In this document: positions 39,516 to 49,374 of the stretch, one piece after another | Layout: each line of letters begins with the position of its first letter | Numbering within the stretch: the first letter of the stretch is position 1 | Notes under the pieces: generated by a model | Told to the model about the DNA's origin: nothing | What the model saw: only the letters and a program-made list of their open reading frames with translations | The model's database searches: none | Translations under genes and position numbers: made by a program | Source: Verrucomicrobiia bacterium | GTDB taxonomy: Bacteria > Verrucomicrobiota > Verrucomicrobiia > Limisphaerales > UBA1319 | Direction: 5' to 3' | Length of the DNA stretch: 64,000 bases | Assembly (NCBI GenBank): GCA_963664225.1 | Contig: OY760937.1 | Coordinates: 4,896,001-4,960,000, forward strand

Positions 39516-39764
39516 ATGACTATTCCGACTTTCAAGATTGGCGATAGGGTGCGAGTTGTCCGCGTTCCGCCGTCCGTCGAGCAGGAGATGCCATCCGAGA
39601 CAGTTGAACTTTTCAGGCGTTGCGTCGGTCAATCATTTCGCATAGATGGTTTTGGGGAGTATGGTCATCTGGAGCTGAATGTTTCCGATGATGGTTCGCA
39701 GGCACCGGATTATTCTAAGAACACCGTCTGGATTGAGCCTGAATTTGTGGAGTCAGTGTTATGA
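39516..39764 (+). CDS. Small hypothetical protein, SH3/KOW-like (cassette)
   Basis: FKIGDRVRVV...WIEPEFVE; bounded by attC-like sites. Confidence 0.7.
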   Translation: MTIPTFKIGDRVRVVRVPPSVEQEMPSETVELFRRCVGQSFRIDGFGEYGHLELNVSDDGSQAPDYSKNTVWIEPEFVESVL

Positions 39765-39774
39765 CTAAGCCGTG

Positions 39775-39872
39775 GCTTAACAATTCCCCGCCGCCAGCCG
39801 CCCTTGGCGCGGTCCGGTCCGTTGCGCGGTCCACGTCGCGAATCGACAGCGGCCCAGCTTTCTACGTTAGGC
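39775..39872 (+). repeat. attC-like site 5 (canonical ends)
   Basis: GCTTAAC (RYYYAAC)...GTTAGGC (GTTRRRY), 98 bp. Confidence 0.8.
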
Positions 39873-39893
39873 CACATTGACATCACACCATTT

Positions 39894-40055
39894 ATGAAAA
39901 CAATCAGCGCATCCATCATCGTTCTTGCCGCCGCCGTTATCATGGTTGGCGGTTCTCATTTCGCCGGAGACACTCAAACGTTTGTTTTGGCTGTCGGCTG
40001 CGGAGTTTGTGCCTTTGGTTTGTTGGGCTGGTTCGTCAGTTTGAAAGAAAAATAA
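39894..40055 (+). CDS. 53-aa two-TM membrane protein (cassette)
   Basis: MKTISASIIVLAAAVIMVGG...GLLGWFVSLKEK, between attC-like sites. Confidence 0.65.
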   Translation: MKTISASIIVLAAAVIMVGGSHFAGDTQTFVLAVGCGVCAFGLLGWFVSLKEK

Positions 40056-40097
40056 GCACGTTTTTTTGACCGGAGAATTTTAGATGAGACGCGAGCC

Positions 40098-40196
40098 GCC
40101 TGACCAGTCCCCGCCGCCAGCCGCCCTTGGACCTGTCCGTTCGGTTGCCCCGGTTCACGTCGCGAGCAGCCGGTGGCTCAGTCTTTTACGTGGGCC
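40098..40196 (+). repeat. attC-like site 6
   Basis: GCCTGAC...GGTTCACGTCGCGAG...GGTGGCTCAG...GTGGGCC. Confidence 0.7.
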
Positions 40197-40203
40197 TGAA
40201 AAG

Positions 40204-40860
40204 ATGCATTTCGTTATAGCAATCTTGTGCATGCTGCTGACCGCCGCCGCGGCTAACGCTGTGGATTCGGAAGAATCCGTTGGCGTCTGGTCATCCGAAC
40301 ACCAGCAGCTTCGCGCCCGCTTCATCGTCCGGCATGCATCCACGTTTCTGGACGGGAAGCCTGGCGGTCCTTACTCTGAGCTTCTCGTCTATCTTGAGTT
40401 GCAAAATACCAGCCCGGGTCTTGGCAGTATGCAACTTAAGCTCGATATTGACCCTACGACAAACATTGTATACCGGGTCGCTGATGAGCGAGGCTCCTTG
40501 ATCGAGCCGGAGCCTTTTGCATTCCGCAGCACCGTCGGCCCGGGTGTGTATAATCTGGTCCTCCCTCCTGATGGCAACCTCCGTTTCCCTGTTTCCATAA
40601 GCGGCGGCGGGGTCTTCGAAGACAAAGTGAAGCTCGATCTCAGCCCCAGCCAGGGCATTTGGTATTTTAAAAAGAGCGATGGGGGCGAATACAAACTGTC
40701 CGGCACGTTGCGGGTTCCGGCACTTCGCGAGCGGATTGGCCCGCTGTGGTGGCGAGGCGAGTTGGAGATCCCGCCGGTTAAACTCAGGTTCCCCGGTCCC
40801 AATACCCAAAACGCCGCTACAACGAAAGCGGCAGAACCGCGTCGGGGAACTGAACGTTAG
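40204..40860 (+). CDS. Secreted hypothetical protein (cassette)
   Basis: Signal peptide MHFVIAILCMLLTAAAANA; reads through a shortened attC and stops at its TAG. Confidence 0.7.
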   Translation: MHFVIAILCMLLTAAAANAVDSEESVGVWSSEHQQLRARFIVRHASTFLDGKPGGPYSELLVYLELQNTSPGLGSMQLKLDIDPTTNIVYRVADERGSLIEPEPFAFRSTVGPGVYNLVLPPDGNLRFPVSISGGGVFEDKVKLDLSPSQGIWYFKKSDGGEYKLSGTLRVPALRERIGPLWWRGELEIPPVKLRFPGPNTQNAATTKAAEPRRGTER

Positions 40861-40862
40861 TG
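40831..40862 (+). repeat. Internally deleted mini attC-like site 7
   Basis: GCAGAAC-CGCGTCGGGGAACTGAAC-GTTAGTG, 32 bp. Confidence 0.45.
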
Positions 40863-40870
40863 GCACCTTT

Positions 40871-41272
40871 ATGGCACGCGCGCTTTTATTGCTCACGTCG
40901 TTGCTGCTCCTTGGAGGCTGTGCCCACCTGAGCGATGCGGGCATTCGCAAGAATCTTCCCGGGGCCTGGCAAGTGGTTCTGCCATCCTTGGAGGAGCAGG
41001 GCATGAAGATTATTTACATGATCGCTCCAAACGGCGATTTTACACGCGAAACTCTGATGACCACCGCAGGCGTCCACGGTGTTGATATGACGGGCACATT
41101 TCAGGTTCAGGACGGCTATCTGATTGAAACGATCACCTACATGAGAGTCAGGAGAAATGCACCGCTCCCGCAAGTTTCACGCGCAAAAATCATTCACGCC
41201 GATGCCAGAAAGTTGGTGGTCGTCTTTGACGGGATGACTGAAAAGGCCACTTTCAGAAAGGACACGCGATGA
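40871..41272 (+). CDS. Hypothetical lipoprotein, lipocalin-like beta-barrel (cassette)
   Basis: Lipobox LLGGC; L.G.W motif; NG.F and G.F turns. Confidence 0.7.
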   Translation: MARALLLLTSLLLLGGCAHLSDAGIRKNLPGAWQVVLPSLEEQGMKIIYMIAPNGDFTRETLMTTAGVHGVDMTGTFQVQDGYLIETITYMRVRRNAPLPQVSRAKIIHADARKLVVVFDGMTEKATFRKDTR

Positions 41273-41273
41273 G

Positions 41274-41372
41274 GCCTGACCCGTCGCTGGAAACTACCGC
41301 CCTTGGCGCTTGCTTTTCCGCTGTCCCGGTTCACGTTGCATATCGGCGGCGGCTTAGCTGTCTGCGTTAGAC
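41274..41372 (+). repeat. attC-like site 8
   Basis: GCCTGAC...CCGCC...GGCGG...GTTAGAC, 99 bp. Confidence 0.75.
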
Positions 41373-41384
41373 CGATTGAACACG

Positions 41385-41852
41385 ATGCACTACAACATCA
41401 CATTAGCGAACTCCGAAGCGACTCCAACAGCAGTGGTGCGCGGTCGCGTGGAACCGAAGGATCTTTCCAAGTTCGTTCCCGCCGCGTGCGGCGAGGTCTG
41501 GTCGTTCATTCGTTCCGCTGGTCTCCCGCGCCCAGGCCGTCACGTCGCTTTGTATTTGGATGTGGGAGGGACAGTTGAGGTCGGAGCGGAGGTATCGGAG
41601 CCGTTTATCGGCAACGACCGGATTCATTGCTCTCAGTTGCCCGTTGGACGGGTGGTGACCGCCACCCACTTCGGCCCTTACCCGCGCCTTTCCGAGGCGC
41701 ATGCCGCCATTCGCCAGTGGTGCGCCGCGCACGGACATCGCCTTGCTGGCATTTCCTGGGAGGTCTATGGGCACTGGGAAGAGAGTTGGAACGCCGATCC
41801 ATCAAAAATACGCACAGATGTTTTCTACCTGCTGCAAAAACAAACGGCCTGA
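41385..41852 (+). CDS. GyrI-like small-molecule-binding domain protein (cassette)
   Basis: LP.G.V....H.GPY..L..AH.AI..W, WEVY, RTDVFY. Confidence 0.85.
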   Translation: MHYNITLANSEATPTAVVRGRVEPKDLSKFVPAACGEVWSFIRSAGLPRPGRHVALYLDVGGTVEVGAEVSEPFIGNDRIHCSQLPVGRVVTATHFGPYPRLSEAHAAIRQWCAAHGHRLAGISWEVYGHWEESWNADPSKIRTDVFYLLQKQTA

Positions 41853-41879
41853 CCAGTCGCACAGTGTTCAGCGTTAAGC
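41847..41879 (+). repeat. Internally deleted mini attC-like site 9
   Basis: GCCTGAC-CAGTCGCACAGTGTTCAGC-GTTAAGC, 33 bp. Confidence 0.5.
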
Positions 41880-41998
41880 AGCAGCTTAATGAAGCCACAT
41901 GGCAGCAAATCATAAACGGCTCCTTGAAATACTGGAATCAAGGCCTTTCGAACTCCACCCCGTCTTCGCCCACCACTTTCTATATGATCTTCTGGTTC

Positions 41999-42088
41999 TT
42001 TGAGATCTTTGAGATCTTTGAGATCTTTGAGATCTTTGAGATCTTTGAGATCTTTGAGATCTTTGAGATCTTTGAGATCTTTGAGATC
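41999..42088. repeat. Perfect tandem repeat (TTTGAGATC)x10
   Basis: Read directly from the sequence. Confidence 0.97.
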
Positions 42089-42342
42089 TTCCAAGTAACA
42101 GATCTATAACAATTTGCCTCACAGGAATTTATAAAACCATAAAAAATCACAAAAACGGCCACTTATTCAGGTAAGTTATTTCCACCAAACAGGCCCCCTT
42201 CCAAGGCCAGACTTGCTATGCGGTTAACTCTTTGTTCCCCCATCCGTGCCATCTGAGAAATCCGTGGTCAAAAATCCTGTTCATCCTGACCATCCATGTT
42301 TATTTCTCTTCGCCAGGGCTTCGCCCAATCTTGTTTCGTGTC

Positions 42343-45300
42343 TCAGGACCGGGCTGTCACCAGTTTCCCTTGAACCGCATGTCCCGGTCCATTCGGTCTG
42401 GCCAGATTCAGCTCGCGCTCGCGCAGCCAGGTGAACAAAACCGGAGTGACGATCATGATGTGAATGAAGCTGCTGATCATCCCGCCAAGCACTGGCGTGG
42501 CCAGCGGGCGCATCACTTCGGACCCCGTGCTCGTGCTCCACATGATCGGAATCAGGCCCACAACGACCGTCGCGACTGTCATGGCCTTGGGCCGCAAGCG
42601 CAGTTTGGCGCCCGCCTTGACGGCCTGGATCAGGTCCGCATGGTTGAAGTTCGCGCCCCGCTGCGCTTGTTTCTTGTGCAGCGCCTCCTCGAGATAAACC
42701 ACCATGATGATGCCTGTTTCAATCGCGGTGCCAAACAGTGCGATATAGCCCACCCAGACGGCCACGCTGAAGTTATAGCCCAGGAGATACTGGAGGTAAA
42801 CGCCGCCAGTCAGCGCGAACGGTACGGCCAGTATGATGTGCGCCGCCTCCTTCGCCGAGCGATACACAATGAAGAGCAGTAGAAATATGATCCCGAGCAC
42901 CGTTGGAACGATGATGCGCAGGGTGCGCTGGGCCCGGAGCTGGTTCTCGTATTGCCCGCTCCATTCAATGGTCATTCCCTCGGCCAGTTGGATTTCCTTT
43001 GAAATGCGTTCCCGGGCTTCCTTCACGAACCCGCCCAGATCGCGTCCCTGGACGTTGGCCTGCACGAATACGCGCAGTCGTCCATTCTCGCTGGTGATTT
43101 CGCTCGGACCCTCCACGCGGGTGATTCGTGCGACCTGTCCCAGTGGAATGACTTTGCCCGAGGGGGTGAATACGAGTGTGTCGCCGATCCGGCTGATCTC
43201 ATCCCGGTCGTCCTTTTGGAAACGGACCTGTATGGGAAAGCGTTGACGGCCCTCGATCGCGGTGGAAACGTTTTTGCCGCCAAGGCCCGCTTCCACGACG
43301 TCCATTACGGTTTTGGCGCGCAGTCCATAGCGGGCCATCGCCACTCGATCCACCGCGATGTTCAGATAGGGTTTGCCCTGGAGTCGGGAGGGGGCGACCC
43401 CTGCCGCGCCGGGAATGGTGCGCATGACTTTCTCGACCTCGAAAGCCTTTTTCTGCAAAGCGTTCAGGTTGTCCCCGAGAATCTTGACCCCGACCTGGGC
43501 CCGGATCCCCGTGCTCAGCATTAATATGCGGCCTTCAATGGGATGGAGAAAACCCGGAACGTAACCCGGCGCCTGGCTGAGTTTGTCGGTCAGTTCGGCG
43601 ATCAATTTTTCCTGGGTCATGCCTGGTCGCCATTCGGATTGGGGCTTCAGCTCAATGGTGGTTTCGATCATCTCCACCGGCGCGGGATCGGTCGCCGTCT
43701 CCGAGCGCCCCAGCTTGCCCGCGGCCGACTGGACTTCGGGAAATTGTTTCATCACCTTGTCCTGCCAGGAGATGAGCCGCTTGATTTCAGTAAGCGAAGT
43801 GCTCGGGAGCAGCACGGGCATGAACAGCAGGCTGCCTTCGTTGAGCGTGGGCATGAATTCGCTGCCCATGCCTTGCGCCACTTTTCCAACGACAGGCCAG
43901 CTCGCCACGCTTTGAGCGATGGGACGCGGCAGGCCGAACGCCAGGATCAGCGCAATCGTCAACAGCGTCGCCGCGCCTCCGATGACGCTGCGGCGATGTC
44001 CCAACGCCCAGTCGAGCACCGGTTCGTAAAGGCGCAGCAGCCGTTTCATCAGCCAGTTCTCGGACTCGGGACGGAAGGGCCCGCGCACAAGGAACGTGCA
44101 GAGCGCCGGAACGATGGTGACCGCCAGGAGCGTGGCCCCGATCATGGCGAACGTTTTCGTGTACGCCAGCGGATGGAACAGTTTGCCCTCCTCACCCAGC
44201 AAGGTGAATACTGGAATGAACGCCAGGATGATGATGAGCATCGCGAAGAAAATCGGACGGCCAACCTGTTGGGAAGCTTCCAGCGTGCATTCCCAGGTCT
44301 CCGCAGCGGTGAGCCGCGTCTTGCCGCCTTTCAATTCCTCGCGCCGTTCGCAATGCCGGATCACATTCTCGGTCATCACGATCCCCGCGTCCACCAGCAC
44401 GCCGATGGCGATGGCGATGCCGCTCAGGGACATGATGTTCGAGGTGATGCCAAACTGCCGCATCAGGATGAACGAAATCAGGATCGAGACGGGCAGGGGA
44501 ATGGTCACAATCAGGATGCTGCGAAAGTGCCAGAGGAAGACGATGTGGGCCAGCGCCACAAGTATAATCTCCTCCATCAAGGTCGATTTCAAGGTGGCGA
44601 TGCTCCGGTCGATGAGCGTGCTCCGGTCATAAAACGGCTTGATGCTGACCCCGGGCGGAAGGCTCGGGGCAAGTTGGGCGATCTTCTCCTTCACCTGGCG
44701 GATGACCGCCAGACCATTCTGGCCATTGCGCATGACCACCACGCCGCCCACCACTTCCTGGCCGTCCACATCGAGGGCCCCGCGTCGGAAATCGCCCCCG
44801 AGTTGAACCGTGGCAATGTCGCGCAAATAAACCGGCGTGCCGCCGCTTTCCTTGATGACAATGTTCTCCAGGTCCGCAGTCGATTCCACCAGTCCAACGC
44901 CTCGCACGACAAACTCCATGCCGTTTTCCTCGATCGCCTTCCCGCCCACATTCAGGTTGCTCTGCTCGACGGCCTCGAGGACATCCTGCAGGGACACCTG
45001 CACGTTCCGCATTCGTGTGGGTGAGACCTCGATCTGATACTGGCGCACGAAGCCGCCGATGCTGCCCACCTCCGCCACGCCGGACACGGCGTTGAGTTGA
45101 TAACGGATGAACCAGTCCTGCACTGAGCGCAATTGGGAGAGATCGTAGCCGCCTTTCGGGGCCTTCGCCGGGTCCACAGCCAGATAATACTGGTAAACCC
45201 ACCCAAGCCCGGTGGCGTCGGGACCCAGTTTGGGGATGACCCCCTCGGGGAGCCTGTCCTCAAGGTAGTTCAGCCGCTCGAGCACCCGTGAACGGGCGAA

Positions 45301-45612
45301 ATAGTTATCGATGTCCTCCTCGAATATGACCGTGATGAACGTGAAGCCGAACATCGACGAAGCGCGGATGTCCTTGACCCCCGCCAGACCCTGAAGATTC
45401 ACCGAAAGCGGATAGGTCACCTGGTCCTCGACTTCTTGCGGGCTCCGGCCCGGCCAGTCGGCGAACACAATCACCTGATTCTCGCTCAAGTCGGGAATCG
45501 CGTCCACCGGTGTGTAGTAAAGGGAACGGACCCCCCAACCAACCATGAGCAAGGCAACGCAAAGTACAATAAATCGATTCCGCAGCGACCATTCGATTAT
45601 GCGATTGATCAT
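42343..45612 (-). CDS. cusA: CusA-type heavy-metal RND permease
   Basis: DAIPDLSENQVIV, GPDATGLGWVYQY, NIMSLSGIAIAIG.LVDA, GSEFMP.LNEG, TDPAP.EM.ET, R.RPKAMT. Confidence 0.93.
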   Translation of the reverse strand: MINRIIEWSLRNRFIVLCVALLMVGWGVRSLYYTPVDAIPDLSENQVIVFADWPGRSPQEVEDQVTYPLSVNLQGLAGVKDIRASSMFGFTFITVIFEEDIDNYFARSRVLERLNYLEDRLPEGVIPKLGPDATGLGWVYQYYLAVDPAKAPKGGYDLSQLRSVQDWFIRYQLNAVSGVAEVGSIGGFVRQYQIEVSPTRMRNVQVSLQDVLEAVEQSNLNVGGKAIEENGMEFVVRGVGLVESTADLENIVIKESGGTPVYLRDIATVQLGGDFRRGALDVDGQEVVGGVVVMRNGQNGLAVIRQVKEKIAQLAPSLPPGVSIKPFYDRSTLIDRSIATLKSTLMEEIILVALAHIVFLWHFRSILIVTIPLPVSILISFILMRQFGITSNIMSLSGIAIAIGVLVDAGIVMTENVIRHCERREELKGGKTRLTAAETWECTLEASQQVGRPIFFAMLIIILAFIPVFTLLGEEGKLFHPLAYTKTFAMIGATLLAVTIVPALCTFLVRGPFRPESENWLMKRLLRLYEPVLDWALGHRRSVIGGAATLLTIALILAFGLPRPIAQSVASWPVVGKVAQGMGSEFMPTLNEGSLLFMPVLLPSTSLTEIKRLISWQDKVMKQFPEVQSAAGKLGRSETATDPAPVEMIETTIELKPQSEWRPGMTQEKLIAELTDKLSQAPGYVPGFLHPIEGRILMLSTGIRAQVGVKILGDNLNALQKKAFEVEKVMRTIPGAAGVAPSRLQGKPYLNIAVDRVAMARYGLRAKTVMDVVEAGLGGKNVSTAIEGRQRFPIQVRFQKDDRDEISRIGDTLVFTPSGKVIPLGQVARITRVEGPSEITSENGRLRVFVQANVQGRDLGGFVKEARERISKEIQLAEGMTIEWSGQYENQLRAQRTLRIIVPTVLGIIFLLLFIVYRSAKEAAHIILAVPFALTGGVYLQYLLGYNFSVAVWVGYIALFGTAIETGIIMVVYLEEALHKKQAQRGANFNHADLIQAVKAGAKLRLRPKAMTVATVVVGLIPIMWSTSTGSEVMRPLATPVLGGMISSFIHIMIVTPVLFTWLRERELNLARPNGPGHAVQGKLVTARS

Positions 45613-45660
45613 AGAATTTTCCTCAAAGCAGAACCGTCAGGTTGAAGTGGGCTGGATTTG

Positions 45661-47766
45661 TCACTTCTTCACCTCCTCGCCGCAAGTCAGCATTTTCGAA
45701 CCATAGAATGGATTTTGCAGCGGACCTTTGGCTTGCATCCACAAACCCGGCTTGGGCGCCATCGGACAGTGATAGATCTTAAGGTCGCCGAACGCGGCGT
45801 CTTCCTTCCTCAACTGTTTCGTCAATTCCGCCATTGCGGTGCTGAACGGCAGGAATTGCTTGCGCGCGCCATCCAGGTCCGCAGCCGGAGGGGCTTTGGC
45901 GGCGGCTGTAAGGGGTTCAATGAGCTTGCCCCAGCGATGGTCCGCGCCAAACTCCTGCGGCAATGCCAGCAGGGCGTTTGGTTCATTTGTGAGCAACTGG
46001 TTGAATTTGGCAAAATCGTCCGCAGCCAGAGCCTGGCTGATACCGTCACTGGTTGCCATCAATGCATTGAGCGCCTGACGCTGGCCCGGCGTGAGTGCGG
46101 ATGAATCGGCGGCATCGGCTTTTTTCGCCTCTGCGGGCGCGGATGCCGGTGCTGTGGTTTCGCCCGCCTGCAGGGTCGCGTCTGGCATTGCAGCCTCCTG
46201 AGGCGGAGGCTGGTTTTCCGCCATGGCCATCGGTTGCGCGGTTTGCTCGGCAGCGTTCTGGGATCCGTTCGTGGGTTTCTGCGCCAGTTCAGCCAGAATT
46301 GCGTTTCTACGAACCCACTGCAATTCCGACCCGGGAGACATGATGGCCGCCATCCTTTCAGTTCGGCCAGCGCTCGCCTGCTTGCCGTAGGATGGAGCCT
46401 TGTTCGTCGAAGAAGTCGTTTGGGACGAATCTTTTTCAGATTCCATGTCGGGTTGAATCGTGGAATTAAGCGCTTCTCCAGCGAGGCTTGGTGTCGTGGG
46501 CGCCTGTGCATCCGCCGGGGGGGGCGTCACTATTTCGTTTGTTGCTGGCATCGGCATGGGCTCGCTCATTGGCGCTTCGTCCGCAACCTCGACTTCCGAT
46601 TGTGAGGTCGCATTGAATTGGGCCTGGGAATCCATGAGCACGTTTCCGGAGGTCACCACACTCTCGCCTTCCTCCACTCCTTTGAGCACCTCCCAATAAT
46701 CGTCGCCCTCGCGCCCCAGTTTAAGACGCCGCCGCTCATACGCTCCGCCTCCCTTGTCAACATACGCATAAGCAATGCTGCCCGGCAAAAGCACTGCCGA
46801 GCGCGGCACCGTCATGACACTGGACACCGTGGCGCGCGCAAGTCCCTCCGCATACATCCCAAAACGCAACGCCCGTTGCGGATGCCCTTGATGGGTCAGC
46901 ACGGGATTGGGGATATCCGCGCGCACCTTGACGGCGCGGGTGGCCTCGTTGAGCGCGGGTTCGATAAACGAAATGACCGCCGCGAACACCTTGCCGGGCG
47001 CCGCCTGAACCGTCACATCGAGCTTCTGGCCCACGTTGAACCATTGCAACTGCCGCTCATAGACGTCGAACCGAAACCAAAGCGAGGACGCGTCCGCGAT
47101 CGCCAGCAGGCGATCTCCCTCCGTCACATATTGTCCAAGGTAAACATTTCTCTCGAGCACCACTCCCGACTGTGGCGCCAGAATGTCCCCCGTATAAAGT
47201 TGGTTGTCGGGATTGGCCTTCAAACCGGGATACATGCCATCGCTGCCTGTAACCTGCCGCACCGCCAGTAGCGTTTTGCGCAATTGCACCAGTTCGGGGC
47301 TGAACATGGTCATCAGCTTTTGTCCCCGCTCCACCTCCACGCCCACATAATCCACATTCAGCGCGTCGATGCGGCCTCGCGCCGGCGCCGAAACAATGGA
47401 CTTGCGCGTTTCGTTTGCATCCAGGGTTCCCGCGATTCGGAAGCTGCGTGAGAGAGGCCTTCGTTTCACCTCCTCGGTCTGCACGTTCAACACGGTGATG
47501 TTGTTCGAGTTCAAAACGATTGTGCCTGGCGCCACCGCGAAGCCCTTGTCTCCCTCGTAAATGGCCGTCAGGTCCATGCCGCAGATGGTGCACTTGCCGG
47601 GCCGGTCGGATTTAACCGAGGGATGCATCGAGTCCTGGTAATACAAAACCTTGCGCCCGGCGGTTTCCGCGGCCAGTCCGGCGGCGTGATTTCTGAAGAC
47701 GCTCCCCAGCGTCACAATCACTCCAATGGCGAGCAGAAGAGTAAGGGCCTTGTTTGTTGTCTTCAT
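45661..47766 (-). CDS. cusB: CusB-type RND periplasmic adaptor with N-terminal metal-binding domain and C-terminal DUF3347-like domain
   Basis: YYQDSMHP...PGKCTICGMDL; membrane fusion protein core; YHCPM...W.Q....NPFYG.KML.CG. Confidence 0.9.
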   Translation of the reverse strand: MKTTNKALTLLLAIGVIVTLGSVFRNHAAGLAAETAGRKVLYYQDSMHPSVKSDRPGKCTICGMDLTAIYEGDKGFAVAPGTIVLNSNNITVLNVQTEEVKRRPLSRSFRIAGTLDANETRKSIVSAPARGRIDALNVDYVGVEVERGQKLMTMFSPELVQLRKTLLAVRQVTGSDGMYPGLKANPDNQLYTGDILAPQSGVVLERNVYLGQYVTEGDRLLAIADASSLWFRFDVYERQLQWFNVGQKLDVTVQAAPGKVFAAVISFIEPALNEATRAVKVRADIPNPVLTHQGHPQRALRFGMYAEGLARATVSSVMTVPRSAVLLPGSIAYAYVDKGGGAYERRRLKLGREGDDYWEVLKGVEEGESVVTSGNVLMDSQAQFNATSQSEVEVADEAPMSEPMPMPATNEIVTPPPADAQAPTTPSLAGEALNSTIQPDMESEKDSSQTTSSTNKAPSYGKQASAGRTERMAAIMSPGSELQWVRRNAILAELAQKPTNGSQNAAEQTAQPMAMAENQPPPQEAAMPDATLQAGETTAPASAPAEAKKADAADSSALTPGQRQALNALMATSDGISQALAADDFAKFNQLLTNEPNALLALPQEFGADHRWGKLIEPLTAAAKAPPAADLDGARKQFLPFSTAMAELTKQLRKEDAAFGDLKIYHCPMAPKPGLWMQAKGPLQNPFYGSKMLTCGEEVKK

Positions 47767-47821
47767 GGTAATTACGGTCTCAATAATAGTTCAATGATGC
47801 GGGATTGTGCAAGCCGCATGG

Positions 47822-48535
47822 TCAACGTGCCGTGGCCGGATTCCAGGAATCCAATTGGCGCGGCGGGTCAAAAGTGTTTTTCAGCTCCAACGATTGGGCA
47901 TGTCCGTCCACAAACGTGTAATTGGCGCGGCCCGAATGGCGCCGGGAGTCCACCTCCGCCGCATCCGCCGCCGAGGTCCAGAAATGCGGCATGATATGAT
48001 CCGCGCTGGTCGCGTTTTCCGCATAAATTACCGTCGCGCACGGTTTGGGTATGCTCGTCATGCGCCGCCAGCTCGCCGGTTTGCCGGAGTAATCGTCGTC
48101 GGTTCCCAATTCGAAATAAACATTTTGTCCGTAGCTCCATGGCGTCGGCCGCCTGTCTGTCGGGCAATGGTAGAGCCCCTGGAGCAGATTCGTCCAGGAC
48201 GCCCCGCGCACACCTAATTGAGGCGCCATGGCGCGCCCCCAGGTCAGTTGACCGTGCGCAAAAGCCGAGTGCTGGCTCCGTGGAAACTCGTCCGCATTAT
48301 CGTCGGCGTAGAGACACACCGCCAGGCCAATCTGGCGCATCTGGTTGTTGCACCCCGTGGCGCGGGCCTTTTCCTTGGCCCGGGCCAGTGCTGGCAGCAG
48401 CATGCCTGCAAGCACCGCGATGATGGCGATCACCACCAGCAATTCGATGAGTGTAAAGGCGCGCCGCGCCGTCGGATCGGGAAGCGTTGTTCCCAAACCG
48501 CACGGCGCGCTCGCGTTGTAATGTATTGTTTTCAT
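47822..48535 (-). CDS. Prepilin-type N-terminal cleavage/methylation protein with H-X9-DG motif (DUF1559-like)
   Basis: [29 protein letters not shown]...[17 protein letters not shown]. Confidence 0.9.
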   Translation of the reverse strand: MKTIHYNASAPCGLGTTLPDPTARRAFTLIELLVVIAIIAVLAGMLLPALARAKEKARATGCNNQMRQIGLAVCLYADDNADEFPRSQHSAFAHGQLTWGRAMAPQLGVRGASWTNLLQGLYHCPTDRRPTPWSYGQNVYFELGTDDDYSGKPASWRRMTSIPKPCATVIYAENATSADHIMPHFWTSAADAAEVDSRRHSGRANYTFVDGHAQSLELKNTFDPPRQLDSWNPATAR

Positions 48536-48552
48536 GCGCCACCTCCGGCAGC

Positions 48553-49374
48553 TTAAGGAAGCTTTCTCATGCGGAAGATCTTGCGACCCTCGCCGGCTTC
48601 CATGATCACCGTCGGCTTGCCATCCACCATCGCCGGTGAATTCGTCACGCCGGTCCAATTGTTGGCCGCCTCATTGTCCGCCGCCTCCAACACCCAATTC
48701 CCCGTGGATTCAGGCCAGGCGATCACAATTTTATTCCCGATCGCCAATTGGGGACGCCCATCGGACACGTTGGTCCAATTCAGCTCGAATGGCCCCGTGC
48801 CTGAGTCCGCCACTTCTTCGCCCGTTACCGTGTTCACCAGATAAGCTTCGAACTGCGCCGAGAATCCGTTTGTGCCCGGCGGCGCTGTGACGCAGGGATG
48901 AAACATGGTTGCGCTCCAATACAGGGCGTTCGTCGTGCCTTCCGTGCCAAAGATCGGTTCCCATTTATACGGAAGAGACATCGCGTGAGCCCGATAAAAA
49001 CCGAGTCCCGGCGAACCGGACAATTTACGAATCCAGATCGCTGCATCGGCCGGCATGGGATCGGTCGTGGGCCCCATGACGAATCCATAGCGTTTGCTAA
49101 ACGAGAGACCCTGGCGGCTCGGATCCAGCGCCGCAAACCAAGGATCGGACGGGTTGAATCCGTCGTTGGGATTGCTCACCAGTAGAGGTGTTAGCTGCGG
49201 GATGGTTGGATCCACCTTCACATGCAAAGCTCCGTCCGCCTCGCTGTAGGTGATCTCCGGCATCACCATGGTTCCCTGCATGGGAACGTTTGTGAGAACC
49301 GCTCCAAAACTTGATTCATGACCGCCCAATAGCAAGGCGGCGCCGATCAGAACAACTCGAAATGTTTTTTTCAT
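48553..49374 (-). CDS. Secreted Met/His-containing hypothetical protein with the shared C-terminal module
   Basis: Signal peptide; [18 protein letters not shown]; tail IAWP...VLEAAD...NW...IFRM. Confidence 0.75.
   Translation of the reverse strand: MKKTFRVVLIGAALLLGGHESSFGAVLTNVPMQGTMVMPEITYSEADGALHVKVDPTIPQLTPLLVSNPNDGFNPSDPWFAALDPSRQGLSFSKRYGFVMGPTTDPMPADAAIWIRKLSGSPGLGFYRAHAMSLPYKWEPIFGTEGTTNALYWSATMFHPCVTAPPGTNGFSAQFEAYLVNTVTGEEVADSGTGPFELNWTNVSDGRPQLAIGNKIVIAWPESTGNWVLEAADNEAANNWTGVTNSPAMVDGKPTVIMEAGEGRKIFRMRKLP

Larger units (their letters stand above)
37146..41879 (+). mobile_element. Integron-like gene cassette array without an integrase in the window (CALIN-like)
   Basis: Seven short co-oriented ORFs separated by mutually similar imperfect palindromes, most ending in GTTAG-type cores; no intI nearby. 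Confidence 0.8.

Noticed and set aside
37423..41879. CRISPR array
   Set aside because: The repeats are about 99 bp, diverged and separated by whole genes; no cas genes are present. They fit attC better.
41825..42162. ORFs with KDL/QRS/KIS/FEI repeats
   Set aside because: They are translations of the 9-bp tandem repeat in several frames, with no other sign of coding.
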